A stretch of DNA of 63,901 nucleotides, filler included, from Bonamia ostreae (GCA_040357525.1; 45 parts of 45 records of this genome joined end to end with filler, not necessarily neighbours in it), one strand, 5' to 3'; positions 35,970 to 49,575 are shown, numbered from the whole stretch's first letter. Program-made: numbers and translations. The notes: generated by a model from the letters alone, not told the origin.

Positions 35970-36247
35970 GTGTAAACGAAATAATTCAGGATGTTTCTGT
36001 GAAGTTCTTTGATTATTTCTGGACCAAAATACCAAGTCAAAAGGAGGGCCTAACCCAATGGGATTCTTCTATTCAATTTTTGTGTAAATTCACTCTCCTA
36101 CAAAACGAATCAGTCTTTTACAAGATTACCTGGAAACTGGACGACTTAGATATTGATTTAAATCAAGTGGTGAACAGAACTACTACTGACACAGCACTTT
36201 TATCAGCATACGACATGCTCGATCATGAAAAGAAGATTGGCACTACA
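35970..36247 (+). CDS. Host exon, VWDE-like N-terminal domain
   Basis: FLCKFTLLQNESVFYKITWKLD fits the F.C.F......Y.v.W..D pattern also seen at 60309-60565; TTAAG and GTAAGT boundaries. Confidence 0.5.
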
Positions 36248-39200
36248 GTAAGTATTTTTATCTATGATTTTAGTGTTATTTGAAAACAAGCACATGCTAT
36301 ATTGTGCAAGTTGAAATTTACAATTTACACATTTTGCTACAAAGCAAATCTTAAGCTACTAGAATGACATAAACAGCAAACGTACACAGACCAGTCACAT
36401 GCTGGATTGTCATTTTATCATTATGAATATAAATAACAATAATAAGATTCTGCAAATATTGAAATTGTATGTGCTTTTGTTTAAATCACCTTCCATATGT
36501 GTCATAGAAAGTCAGTTTGCTATTCTAAATGCAACATCGAAACTCGTTTAGCCCTACAAAATTTGGAAACCTTCCTTTTTTCAAACTTTATTTCACAAAG
36601 TATAAGTGCAAAACTTCTGAGTTTGGTTTTTTCGCAATGGAATACTTACCAATCAACTTGTACACATCAATGTGGGAAAGAACATCTATCTATGCAAAGT
36701 TTTCTTACCGGTGAGATGAGTGAAAATCTAAACTATTAGATGGAAATTCCACACTCTTTATCCTGTGATGTCGTAAGTAGCCGTATAGAAAAGGTCCGAC
36801 AAGCTGCTAAGAACTCCCATTTCTGATTTGAATTAAATGATCATCTTTGTAAATGGCATTTACATTCCTTTGTATTTCTTGGAATCGACGTATCCAAAGA
36901 CACCCCCATTTCCACTTTAGCTGTGACTTTTGATCCCTTTTTACCATCCCTATTTCCAACNNNNNNNNNNNNNNNNNNNNNNNNNNNNNNNNNNNNNNNN
37001 NNNNTTAATTAATTAANNNNNNNNNNNNNNNNNNNNNNNNNNNNNNNNNNNNNNNNNNNNCGTGACAATTAATGATCAACTCCAAAATACTGCCTTTTTA
37101 ACAACTCATTACTGATCGCAGTGAAGCATAATGTGCGCACCAACAGACACAAAGCAATAGGCTACAGTTAAATTCTTCTATTAAAAGATATTTCTGAATA
37201 TTAGCAAACAAATAAGCAAACATTGATTGTTGGAACAAGTGAGAATCTCCATTACGCGAAAACGTTTGCATATGAATTTGAACTTCTGTAACTTTGGATT
37301 TTTGGAGACTTGCTTTGCTCCATCAGATAATCCACATAAAACTACGCGACTTCGTATTCTGTAAAAGTTTTTGTGTGATCATCAAATCTTTTTATTGCCT
37401 ATTCACCGTGAATCTTTCAACACTTTGATGTTTTTTTTTTCAAACGACGTCTTCAGTCATTTATGGAAATTCAAAACACCCAATTCACATATATGCAAAT
37501 GTATAGCCAATGTCCACAAAATCTGCCAGTTATGATATCCAGAGTGATTGCGTGGGGTGGAGTTGTGGGTTTCGTCAGTGTTCGTTATCTTCACCTTTCA
37601 TTCACGAGAATCAAAGAAAAGGGAAATGCTGTCTTTTTGAAGTATGTAACTACCCGAATCGGCAGTACATACCATCTGTAATAGTATGGATTGCTAGTGT
37701 GTTGCGCAGATTGGCATACGTGGCAAAAATCTAAAGTCATGTAAATTCCCCGAAGCGGGTTCTTCAGTTGATAAAGGTGAAATATGACGTGTAATTATTA
37801 CGAATGCCTCTTGGGTATTTACAATGCACCTTACTTGCCATACCTAAGAGAAACAAAATTTATGGACGGGTTACTAGTTCGTAATCACGGAAGATAGAGA
37901 CACGGCACACTGTTCTTAGATAAAGTATACAGTCCATATGTTTCGAGATGAGCAAAGTTCATCGGGGATGTTGGTGTCTTCTCATCAGTCAGTTATCTGT
38001 GTGTAACGGACTTTCCTTCAATTCACAACTCGTAAATCAAGCTAAAAGGGACACCTGTTTGGAGTTCTGTTGAATTAACTTACCATCAGGTATAAATTGT
38101 TTCGATATTTCAAATTGATCTAAACCCTGTAGCAGCAACATTCACTAATTATGAATATAAGTTGAACATGTGGAATAAAACATTTATGATATAAGTTAAA
38201 TTGATAAGCCTTCATCATAGTATTTATTGAGTAATTTATATAAAGAGAGAGACTCTATCAATATACATGTGCACAATGCATGATAAATCTTCCAGGTCAT
38301 CTATGTTTATAGCTCCATTATTAAGTTTTATAACTATTATCATTGTAATGAGTACGTACCATCTACACTTCTGTGATTAGTANNNNNNNNNNNNNNNNNN
38401 NNNNNNNNNNNNNNNNNNNNNNNNNNTTAATTAATTAANNNNNNNNNNNNNNNNNNNNNNNNNNNNNNNNNNNNNNNNNNNNAGTGCTATTTGTTGATCT
38501 TGACGGACTGTTGTACTTTTAGGAAGGTCACTTTTAGGTCTCCGTTTCGTACTGTTAGTCTATTCAAAACGCTCCAACAAACGTCCTATAACAGAATATC
38601 TAACTAACACCAAGCTGAGCACCCACATGGTGTTGTGAACATCCAGTTGTGAGCATTCCAATGGCCCATGCGGCTTCCTCTACTATTAAATGTTTCACTG
38701 GAGGCGTCCTTTTTAACATATCAAAAGTTACTAATTTTGTTAAATGAATTTCATATCAGGTGCCCTTTTAGGTGTTGAAGATAACCAATTTCAGAGAAAT
38801 GCAGATAATCCCAAAGCTGGTCAGAAATAGCACAATTAACGAGAGTGGTTGACTTCCCAAGGGCTTAAGACTAGGTCACATGTGTCAATAAACAACATCT
38901 AGTACAAATACACTGCACAAAAATTAAAATCAATGTTATTTGCACATCATTTGATTTTCAAATACCGGTAATTCCAACTTGAAATTCAGCGGGAACTTTC
39001 GAGTCATACTGACACATCTCATTTGATATCAAAATTCCTCAGAGCTGCAACTTTGTGCAGGCATGTAATGATTTCCACTAAACATGTGAAATATACATAA
39101 AACATATATGTAGCTACTGTTATAATGATTAGATAAAAAGATGAAGGTAATAAACTAGGCATGTTTGCCAAGAAAAACGCATCAAACACTTATAACGCTT

Positions 39201-39904
39201 TTTCTAAGATTAAAGTTAAAAAACCAACCCCAAAACAAAAAACTTCATTATACTGATTGCTACACACTCAGCCTAGGCTGAACTTTGTTCGATTAGGAAA
39301 AGTATTGGAGTAGATTTTCTCTGAATTGTGCGTCTTCATCGTTGGACTGGAGTTATAGTATTAACTTCATCTTCTCTTTTCAGAATTTTATACCTCGCTG
39401 TCCTTTCAACGATGTATCTCATAAAGGAACCAAATCGAAGTACTAAGTCTTATGCGATATCACAGACACACGTGGGATAAACTAATGTTCCTCAATGATA
39501 AAATTGTGCACATCCGGAAGGATGATTTTGTATTTCTATAGATGGATAAATAATGTAAAATGTAATTCATCATTTGAATCAGCTAATAGTCGCACTATGC
39601 ATCTAAGGTGTCTGTGACATATAATGAAACTTACTACTTGCCATACTAGCGTCTTAATGCGTTTTTACTATATGATCCATATGTACTTGTCCTTGAGTCT
39701 GAACTCCTGACCCAGAAGCCATGAATTACAAATGTACAAAAATGTGCTCATTATAACTGTTTATTTCCTATTTGTTCAAGAGTGAAAAAAACATTAAATA
39801 CATTNNNNNNNNNNNNNNNNNNNNNNNNNNNNNNNNNNNNNNNNNNNNTTAATTAATTAANNNNNNNNNNNNNNNNNNNNNNNNNNNNNNNNNNNNNNNN
39901 NNNN

Positions 39905-40590
39905 ATGATTTTGAAATTTGGGCCAGACTACAAGGTTACAAGCTGAAACATAATGGTATAATATAGGACCTTGGCAAAAGCAACTTACACGTGAAATATG
40001 ACAGTACCATCTAAACTGTTTCAAGATATTTGTTAGGTTTTTTTTTAAATAGTTCAAACTCCATAGTGAAGTTCAGGAGATTAAAACGTTTGATACCTAA
40101 AGAAATACCTTGTTACAAAGAATGTACACATGGAACATAACAGCCATATACATGTAACTCATCATTCAAAAGTTATTACCAATGGTAAAGTGTATTATAG
40201 ACAGACGGACAGGCCAAAGAGAAACTTTGTCATGCGGAATTTATATTCCAAATATGAAAATCTTAGATGCACATACATCGTCTAGATTAGGCTGCCTTCT
40301 ATTGTCAAGGGGACAACAAGGAAAAAAAAACCTTTTAAACATACCATTTGGGAACATTTGCATTTTGAATTGATTTAATATTACTCCGCTACTCTTGATT
40401 GCATTTCTTTTGCATGCTTTGATATCCTGCTGTGACCTCATCCTACCCCCGCAACCCCTGAATTGAAAATGCTTGACTTTACACTATCTGNNNNNNNNNN
40501 CACAGAGGACTGTAATTTGAAGAACTTTTAATGTAACCTAGAGGACGGTTGTTTGTTATAATAAGTAAGCATGGTTCTGCTGTTATATAG
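39905..40590. repeat. Host interspersed repeat with satellite-like units (Helentron/HINE-associated type); related pieces near 16560-16880, 39690-39790 and 53470-53830
   Basis: Motifs such as TTCAAAAGTTATTACCAATGGTAAAG..GACAGACGGACAG, CTTGACTTTACACTATCTG and CAAGGTCA resemble oyster satellite/HINE repeats. This is from memory and was not aligned. Confidence 0.4.
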
Positions 40591-40669
40591 AAGATATTTA
40601 AATACGCTTCCCATCAGGGGATACCTAATTTGAAGATACTTCAATCTCTTCTTGATTGATTGTGTATTA

Positions 40670-40900
40670 TTTAACATTCCGCTCGGGATTGTTTATGCAC
40701 ATAAATGGAGACATCATCATAGTCTGTGAAGAGCTGTACAATAGGCATATGCTCGTTGCTTACGGTCGTTGAGCAAGGAGGGGACTTTATATTACATGTA
40801 CCACACCTGCTGTGGCACGCAACCTCGGTTTTCGCAGTCTCCTTCGAAAGACCGCCCCAATTAGTTGCCTTTTAAGAGAAGGAAGGAGTACAGATGACCC
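40670..40900 (-). mobile_element. Host SINE body and tail, degenerate
   Basis: Shares GGAGACATCATCA...CCACACCTGCTGTGGCACG..ACCTCGGTTTT with the copy at 47023-47343 (GAGACTTCACCA...CAACACGTGTCACGACACGGGACCTCCGTT). Confidence 0.65.
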
Positions 40901-42251
40901 ACGTTGACCCTGGTTGCCACGACCGTATAATAGTAAGGAAATTAGAATTTAATAGGTTAACTTTCGTGACTAATTTCACCATCACAATCAATATATTTTG
41001 GTTGAATCTATAAAAACATATATGCCGGATTTACAATTCACTAATCATATGAAAATCATAGATATACAAACCATATTTCTTCATCACTTTCTTATTGGTG
41101 TAAACCTAAATTTCAATTGTTTTTTACTAGTAGGGTCTTTTGTTTAAAAAAATCACTAAATACCAATAGACGCGTCCACAAAGTCTTAGAAGACTTTTGT
41201 TAAGAAGGATAATGGTTGGCTAAANNNNNNNNNNNNNNNNNNNNNNNNNNNNNNNNNNNNNNNNNNNNTTAATTAATTAANNNNNNNNNNNNNNNNNNNN
41301 NNNNNNNNNNNNNNNNNNNNNNNNCTTGTTTTACCATACCTGAATTAATATTACAAAATGAATCTCTGTTGAGAGTTGCTCATTCAGGAAGTTACTAATT
41401 TCCCAACTTACGTCACTGTTTATCAGTACTATCAGTATCAGTCCTTTGATAAGTTGTTTTTTATGAACAAGCGGAAAATAATGTTGTCTATATGTTTTTA
41501 GTTGGAAAGAAAAATGTGATGTCACAATGCTCTCTCGGCTGGCGTTATATTTCACGTGTTAAATGAATATGCAGATCATGTAATTCTCCTCATATATTCC
41601 CTCTTTAATATTTGGACATTACTGAGCGTTGAGCACAGGGTAAATTTTACAGACAATGGATATTTTTAAGTAAATGGCTATTTCCACTTCTAATATTTAC
41701 CGTACTTGATTAACTGAATTCTTACATCAATAATTGTCACTTAGAACGCCAATTACCATGTCATGCTTCGCGCGGTCCAACGGTCACATCGTATATGCAT
41801 AATAATAATGAAATAATAATTATGATGCCGTTGGTTGCTGTGGGAGCAACAATGCGATAATCACAGTTTTAAATAATACTATAAGCAATCAGAGACATGC
41901 TCGTCGGAGACTAGCTGATGAAGAGCAAATTACTTGACTCAAACGTGTAATCTCGTCGAAGCAACGCGCTATCAAATCCACATTTGAACTTCAATGCAAA
42001 AATAATCAGAAATGCAGAAAGAGCTACATGAAAATGGTTCACACTGTGAGTGTTACCGAAGAAAAACTCAAGGTTATCCATTAGAAAACTATATGAAATT
42101 AAAATTTAACGAAAACAACACAAAATATGTTACTTCACCATATAACATAAATGATACAAAATATGGTCGCTCAACAACAGGACTTGGTATATTGTGTAAC
42201 CATTATTAGTTTTCGGCTAAGACGGATAATCTGAAGGCATGGCTTCTTCCT

Positions 42252-42460
42252 CAAACGCTCGATAATTAGCAGTGAGAGTTGCGAGTCTTTATGATTGGCT
42301 TTAATAACTAACATCCCCCGTCAAGGCAAGTGTTGCCATGATAAAGAACCTTCTCTGCTAAAGCCTTTTAAAAGTGCCATGCATCAATCGAACTTGATGG
42401 CGCTTCACCAACAGTTGGTGATATCTCCATATTAATGGAAAAAATAAGAGCGATCTCAAG
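42252..42460 (+). mobile_element. Host SINE body and tail, degenerate
   Basis: CCCCGTCAAGGCAAGTGTTGCCATGATAAAGAACC...GGTGATATCTCCATAT is the sense-strand counterpart of the SINE body seen at 40670 and 47023. Confidence 0.6.
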
Positions 42461-44163
42461 AGAAAAAACCTGACAAATTAGTTCAAGGAAGGCTTATGTA
42501 TGATCAAAGTGACTCAGATGTGTTTTGGGATCATTGGTCTCTAATTAAGATTATTAAAAAACATGGATGAGATTTGCGATCCTGCAACCTTCTCGTGACG
42601 TTTAGTTTAATTAGATAATGATCACTGGATCAGGACCCTAGGTANNNNNNNNNNNNNNNNNNNNNNNNNNNNNNNNNNNNNNNNNNNNTTAATTAATTAA
42701 NNNNNNNNNNNNNNNNNNNNNNNNNNNNNNNNNNNNNNNNNNNNCTGACGTTGTCTTCAGGTCTTGGAAATTTTATAAGTTATTCCGGTAGATGTAAATT
42801 GGTGCATAATTGTATCGTTGGAAAAAACCTCGTTAATTACAGCTTGTATTGCTTTAACTATTTTACATGTAGAGACCGTTATGTATTACGAGCAAAAATT
42901 TGAATGATCGGCTGTTCGCACTGCCCCTTTTATGACAATTAGTAAAAACTAGTGAAATGTAAAGTTGAACCGCTGAACCGAATCCTTGCACTGGGGCATT
43001 AAATGATTCACCCTATCTCCCCCACCTCTACCCATTACATGTATTTAGAATTTTGAACTTTGGGTTGAATAAACCTTTTACATTCATAACATTAACATTT
43101 AAAATTGATGAAAGGCGATGGATATTAATTTTTCATCATGATGATTATATATAACATTAATGAAACTAATGCATGCATATGAATTGTATATATGTAGTAT
43201 CTAACACAGAAAATTATCCACTATTACGTTTTTAATGTTCGTCAGGTATGGTTTGTACATGTAACAATGTAGCCTATAGACACTTATTACTTAATTAGTG
43301 ATGGACACTTAAATTAGTCGGACTTATAGATACATATAGAATTTTGATTGTATGTGTTTTGCTTATTTTACTTTGTCGTCATGTACAGGTCACAGCGAGG
43401 GCGAATCAACCTTATTTTAGCATTTCCTTGTAATTCTGAGAGGAGTCCATAAAATGGTCAGTTTACGGGGTATGAATACATTGATAGCAAACAGCCATTA
43501 CGGGATTTATAAACATTCCTTATAAAACCACTAGGTATTCTTTGTTCTATAAGAACGTGACATTGATTTTACTTTTATATTAAGGTTTGTATAGATAAAC
43601 CTCGAACTAATTCCTATAAAATTCTGACGATAGCTGTTTCTAGCCATCTCTCTGACCTCCACAAACTTTGTATTTAAATTGTTATGTTTTTATTTCATGA
43701 GAACTTGTATTTGAATTCGTATCTAATAAACCACAGTACGATCTTCACGACTTGTGATTTGTGATACTTTGATGGAACCAGAAGTGTTATAAGTTATGAT
43801 CGCATTATAATCGACATATTCCTGATCTAACATTAACACTTTCATCACATGAAATTATCATCATAATGATCAACGTTTCTGGAGACGTATAATCACCCAA
43901 AATGTTCTTCAATCAATCGATTCATTTATAACACTATGAATTGATATACTTTTAAGTACTTTGTATAGAATATTATCCATTAATTATTTTCATTTGTTTA
44001 TTCGATTATCATTTGGTATGTAAGATCCATCACCTACAAACTACAACTTCATCATTTACGTTANNNNNNNNNNNNNNNNNNNNNNNNNNNNNNNNNNNNN
44101 NNNNNNNTTAATTAATTAANNNNNNNNNNNNNNNNNNNNNNNNNNNNNNNNNNNNNNNNNNNN

Positions 44164-44732
44164 ATATGATCGCTGAATGGTTTCATTTATTTTTTATGTC
44201 AAAGTTTTGCGATTTTTTTGTTGTTGTTGTTAAATTTTTTTTATGTCAAAGTTTTGCGATTTTTTGTTGTTGTTAAATTTTTTTTATGTCAAAGTTTTGC
44301 GATTTTTTTTGTTAAATTTTTTTTATGTCAAAGTTTTGCGATTTTTTATTTGTTGTTAAATTTTTTTTATGTCAAAGTTTTGCGATTTTTTTTGTTGTTG
44401 TTGTTAAATTTTTTTATGTCAAAGTTTTGAGATTTTTTTTGTTGTTGTTAAATTTTTTTATGTCAAAGTTTTTCAATTAAAATTTCTTTGAAAATAGTCC
44501 CGCTGTTGTCGGAAACTTGTGGGACGTAACAGATAAAGACATTGACAGATTTAGCATGGAACTTTTGACAAACTTTTTGTCGGGCAAAAACGATTTGTCC
44601 AAATCGATTTCCATTTCAAGAAAAGTTTGCAAAATGAAATTTTTGACGGGGGCGGCGCCTGTTGTTTATGGCACTCCCTTCGCCCAAGTCCAAAAACACA
44701 ATTTTGACATAACAAAATTCGACATCAAATAA
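44164..44732 (+). CDS. ESP1: Separase C-terminus (peptidase C50), protist; intron 44180-44497
   Basis: Spliced: MIAEC|PAVVGNLWDVTDKDIDRFS...SRKVCKMKFLTGAAPVVYGTP, the hallmark separase terminal motifs; ends at TAA. Confidence 0.95.
44186..44472. repeat. Intronic minisatellite, 7 copies of a roughly 39-48 nt unit (AAATTTTTTTTATGTCAAAGTTTTGCGATTTTTT(TTG)n)
   Basis: Seven copies of TATGTCAAAGTTTT with variable poly-T/TTG spacers fill the separase intron. Confidence 0.95.
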
Positions 44733-45075
44733 TTTTACGTTTAAAGATAAATGATTTTTCGGACTTGCTTTCTTAATTTTCGGACTTTTACAAAAATATT
44801 TTAAAAATTTAATCTGGAAATTTACGGTTAATTTACTCGGATTTTTATAAGCTTTTATCGTTCACATAAAAAATTGAAAATTTAATGCTCAAATTTCTAA
44901 ATCAGTTCAACAATTCCATTCAAAATTTTGGCGGAACTTGGTCGAGGGAATTTCCGCCTATAAATAAATATCATTGAATACTTATCGCAAATTTTATAAT
45001 ATCGTTGACCATTTTTACTAAAATTTAACAAAGCGAAAGTCGGTATAAACAGTAAAAGTCTAAATACAAAACATA

Positions 45076-45325
45076 ATGGAACATAAAGACATTACAGAAC
45101 TAAACGAACTTTTGTCTACTGGAATCGGATTTACAGAGCTTAACGGCCATTCATATATTCCAGGAAATTGCGTTTTAAGAGCTCTGAAAAGAATCCGAAA
45201 GTTAATGGCAACAGACAAATCGTTAAAGTTGCGAAAACATTTGTCCAAATTGAATGCGTTGAGCAGAAACATTATTCCCGCTTTTCTCCATTTTTCGGAT
45301 GACGAACATATTTCTTCTGTTTGCG
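45076..45325 (+). CDS. TIMELESS: Timeless/Tof1/Swi1 fork-protection protein, first exon (protist)
   Basis: ELLSTGIGFTELNGHSYIPGNCVLRALKRIRKLMATDKSLKLRKHLSKLNALSRNIIPAF aligns with the Timeless N-terminus (lG..e...Y....c...lk.l.r.l..d....vR..L......dliP); GTTATA donor at 45326. Confidence 0.7.
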
Positions 45326-45583
45326 GTTATAATTTTTTTTATTTTAAAAATAATTTGAAAAATTTTTTCGTATAAAATAATTTTTTTGTAAAATTTGATA
45401 GTCGAAATATTTTTTATATTGACGGAATCATTAAAAAACGAAAATGACTACGAATTTGAGTTTTTTGAATATTATGGAATTGNNNNNNNNNNNNNNNNNN
45501 NNNNNNNNNNNNNNNNNNNNNNNNNNTTAATTAATTAANNNNNNNNNNNNNNNNNNNNNNNNNNNNNNNNNNNNNNNNNNNNA

Positions 45584-46752
45584 ATAAAAACTATTACCAC
45601 ACTCATGTGTGATGAGAAGTTTCCTACAGTTTCTCTCATTCACCCTTTTAAGGAAAGGCTCCTTCAGCACCTTCAGGTCAAAGACAGTGACTCTACCATT
45701 GTTAAAGCAGTCAAGACAGCAATTTCATCGGATCTTCAACCAAGGTTCAAATTTAAATGATCAGAACTAAATGCATATTACTGAGTAAAATTTGGAGACA
45801 TGTGAAACATTAATCCATACTTTGATACAAATTGATTTTCAGGTACAAAGACCCAAATCTGTTCCAGTTTCTTCTGCAAAGCTGCGCAATGGATCCAAGG
45901 TTCAAATCACTTCCTTACATCAATGACACAGAGAGACAAGACATATTTTCCTCTGTTATTACAGAGACAGTGTCATTAGTCAATGGCCAGAAAGACAAAG
46001 TAAGTAAAAAATATGAAAACATATGTATTAATATGTAAATAAAAATATAAATTATTTAAGAATATATATAAACAAATATATATATAGATTTAAATTATTT
46101 AAAAAATATATAAACAAATATATGAAAATATATTTTTATAGAATAAATTATGTAATAACATGTTTTATCAAAATATGTAAACATATAAAAAGAAGTATAA
46201 GTATATAGTTTCAAATGTTTCATTGAAAAAAAATATGAATTTCAGGTAACTGTAAAAACTGAACATGCCAGCACCAACACAACAGAGGGCATGCCAGAAT
46301 TGCCACCACTTCCTGAAGACCTTACCCTTGCAGACAATGCCTTCCAAGATTCTGATTTAAACATGAATAACATTAAAACACTTGAGGTTGAATCTAAAGA
46401 AAGCAAGTCTGCTTTGAATGATTTGTTTGGAGATGTGTTTATTACACATATTGTTCCAGGGAAAAGTGTATGGGAGCGAGTGGAGAGTGAGGTGTTGAAT
46501 TATAAAGCTGAACCTCTCCCACCAATAAGCTCTAACCCACTGCTATGGTGGAAATGTAATGAAGAGAAGTATCCCTTATTGTCTATTTTGGCAAAATATT
46601 TGTTAGGAGTACCTGCTACATCAGTAGCAAGTGAGAGGGTATTTTCTACAGCAGGGGATGTAGTTACCTCACAAAGAGCTTGTCTTTCCCCAGAAAATGT
46701 ATAAATATTGATATTTTTGAAGAAGAATTTGAAGTTGTCAGACATAGACTGA
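45584..46752 (+). mobile_element. hAT transposase (ZBED1-like), 3' exons 45584-45744, 45843-45999, 46246-46752, with a premature TAA at 46702-46704 (host)
   Basis: CDEKFPTVSLI, AMDPRFKSL and the hATC dimerisation domain LLWWK...YPLLSILAKYLLGVPATSVASERVFSTAG...RACLSPENV*ILIFLKKN. Confidence 0.92.
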
Positions 46753-47022
46753 ATACTTCATTTTGGAATTCTCACTTACTTATCTTTACGATAAATTTGT
46801 ACTTTGGTCTGATGGTCTAGTCAAGTCCATATGACTTTTTTCTCCAAGATCTAGTCACAATCAAATGCCTTTTTTATTGTCAAGGCATCTTATTTACTGT
46901 NNNNNNNNNNNNNNNNNNNNNNNNNNNNNNNNNNNNNNNNNNNNTTAATTAATTAANNNNNNNNNNNNNNNNNNNNNNNNNNNNNNNNNNNNNNNNNNNN
47001 GCCTATTTCCATATGTTGGTTG

Positions 47023-47343
47023 TTTGACGTCATTCCCGTTGGGAATTTCCACTCCTATTGAGACTTCACCACTTGTGGATGCAGAACCGCAAATTTAGAT
47101 CTGTGTTTAGTTTTAACGCCTTTAGTAGTGATGGTACTTTAGCGTGCAACACGTGTCACGACACGGGACCTCCGTTATGAAATTCATTACCGAAAGACTC
47201 GTGATTCTCATTTCCATCTACGCATACGTCTTAATGACTACCTATGTCTATGTCTTAAGTTTGACGCGAGCACGAGCGGGGCTCGAACTCAAGACTCTCC
47301 GGTTACAAAGTGAACGTTATACGACTGAGCTACCGCGACCGGT
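47023..47343 (-). mobile_element. Near full-length tRNA-derived SINE (host)
   Basis: Minus-strand Pol III A box TAGCTCAGTCG (47322-47332) and B box GAGTTCGAGCC (47280-47290), followed by about 250 nt of body shared with other copies. Confidence 0.8.
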
Positions 47344-49254
47344 ATATATAGGAGTTATAACATTAATCTTTGTTCATTATCTTCACATTTTCATTCTATC
47401 TCACTGTCAGATTTTCAAGGGTAGATATATCAGTTTGCTATATATGTATGCATTTAGTTCATAATTGTAATTCATACATAGTGAAATGAGAAATAATTAA
47501 TATGATCCAGTAAAAACCCAATGTGTGATAACTTTGGTAAAGACCGGTTACCCTTAGGTTTGTATTCCTTACAGAAGTTGCGAGAGTGATAACGGTTCCT
47601 TATCTTCGCCTTTTCATAAATAACTTAAACAGGTGATAATCCAATGTAGCTGCATAAAAAGGGAAGTTCACGATTGATAATCATAAAATGCGATTTCTAG
47701 CCAAACACTGCCTAATTTGTGTAATACATTTATATAATTGGTTTATTTAAACCATTTGCAATATTTGCACAGTCTTTGAAATGTGCAAAGATGTAACATG
47801 GACTTTTCCATTAGACATCATTTGCATTGAGATATCTTTATGATAAAAACACGAATAAATGAATTCAATATCTTACATATCGGAATTAGCATTTTCTAAT
47901 ATGGTATATATACATATACAGCTATAAAGACTATGATGATACACGTAGAAATTACTCATCTCATTCTAGGAATATAAAACGAAAGTTTAGTTTACTGTAG
48001 TTTTCAGAAATCAGAATTAATTCGTCCAAATATCACATTTCCGTAACGACACTCTGACCTACTAAATGATTTTCAGAAACTAAATAACCAGTTTCATTAT
48101 TGCGTTCCTGATATTTAAACTGAAAGTCGCGAATTTATATCTTGAATACAAATCCTACCGACACAGCTGATTATGGACTTTATCATCATACTCTATCGTT
48201 CTCATGAATATGAATATGTGATGGGACTAAAATCAAAATAAATAGGTATCACTATCTTTAAAATGAGAGTTTACATGCCAAAAAACCCGAACATATTATA
48301 TAAATGTATATTTAATTGNNNNNNNNNNNNNNNNNNNNNNNNNNNNNNNNNNNNNNNNNNNNTTAATTAATTAANNNNNNNNNNNNNNNNNNNNNNNNNN
48401 NNNNNNNNNNNNNNNNNNTTGAAAGGAACCAAGATGCAATGTTATTTTTTTATGCCTATGCTTTCCCTACAATACCAATAGTGTAGGGTCCCTTATCCTA
48501 ACATTTTTTATCGAAGCACGAGTAAAACATTTATTGGGGAGATGTTTCCGTATCATTGCCCTATCTATTGTTGCCGCCTGTTCTGAAGCAAACTATGCGC
48601 TGCTACCAAGTTACGTTTGGGCTTGATACATCTATATGGTTGTTTGAAGATTACGACAGGTCGCAGGGACTACATTCGACATGGTACATGCATGTAGCTT
48701 ATCACCGTTTTCAGAACTGGAACGGACATGTAATCTAAACCTCTCAATCAGAACCCGATAAGCACTCGATTCCATTCACTATCTGTATACGTGTAATATG
48801 TAGTACAGTTTTTATATAGAAATTTAATTTTCATATTAGATGTTTTTAAAGATTCATTTTCTTGTTTTGTTGCTGAGGAAACATGATGCTTGAGGTCTGG
48901 GTAAACTGTAAAATGCCGTATAAGCTGTTGCAAAAGGTCGTGGAGACTTGTTAGCAATTTCCTTGTTTTTAACACATAAAATATTATTTTTTTTATATCC
49001 ATGACACACTAGATATCTATTCGGTATATCTTTATTTCGAAATTTAAATTGATTTGGGGAAGTGTATTCTCTAATGCCAACTTAGGATGTTAATGATGCG
49101 TCGTCATTTCATCGAGAGAGAAAAGACAACGGAATTTACAAAAGTTTGCTGTTGACAAAATACTGGTGAATAGAGAGATATATTTGTTTTGACAAAAATG
49201 TTGTTTCACTGGGATGGAAAATTTAATAGTAAAAATAATCAAGTCAATTTCACA

Positions 49255-49575
49255 ACGGTCGCACTAGTGCAGTGGTTAGGTCGCTAGCGTCACAGACAAG
49301 AGATCCCGGGTTCGATTCTCAATCCTGGCGCCGCATCAAACCTAAAACGTTTAACACAAAAAGTAATTGTTCCTTCAACCGAGAATTAAGTCAAAGATCT
49401 TTCAGTAATGACCTTGAAAACCTGAGAATCTCGTGTCAAGGTAGAGGGATGACACGATGAAATATCCGGAAGTTCTCTGTTATGACCTTGAACGTCATGG
49501 CACTTCACCTAAATCTGATTATGTCTCTACATACATGTAGGTGACAAATTCTCAATTGGGATGTAGAATAACACG
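49255..49575 (+). mobile_element. Near full-length tRNA-derived SINE (host)
   Basis: A box TAGTGCAGTGG (49265-49275) and B box GGGTTCGATTC (49308-49318), then CGCATCAAACCTAAAACG...CTCGTGTCAAGGTAG...AAATTCTCAATTGGGATGTA as in the 47023 copy. Confidence 0.78.

Noticed and set aside
44218-44430. 70-aa hydrophobic ORF
   Set aside because: Translation of the intronic minisatellite.
44195-44470. Recursive splice sites in the separase intron repeat
   Set aside because: In AAAGTTTT the acceptor AG and donor GT share one G, so it is not the AG|GT arrangement recursive splicing needs.
47270-49330. tRNA genes at about 47270-47343 and 49255-49330
   Set aside because: A and B boxes are present, but there is no clean cloverleaf and both continue into a shared SINE body.
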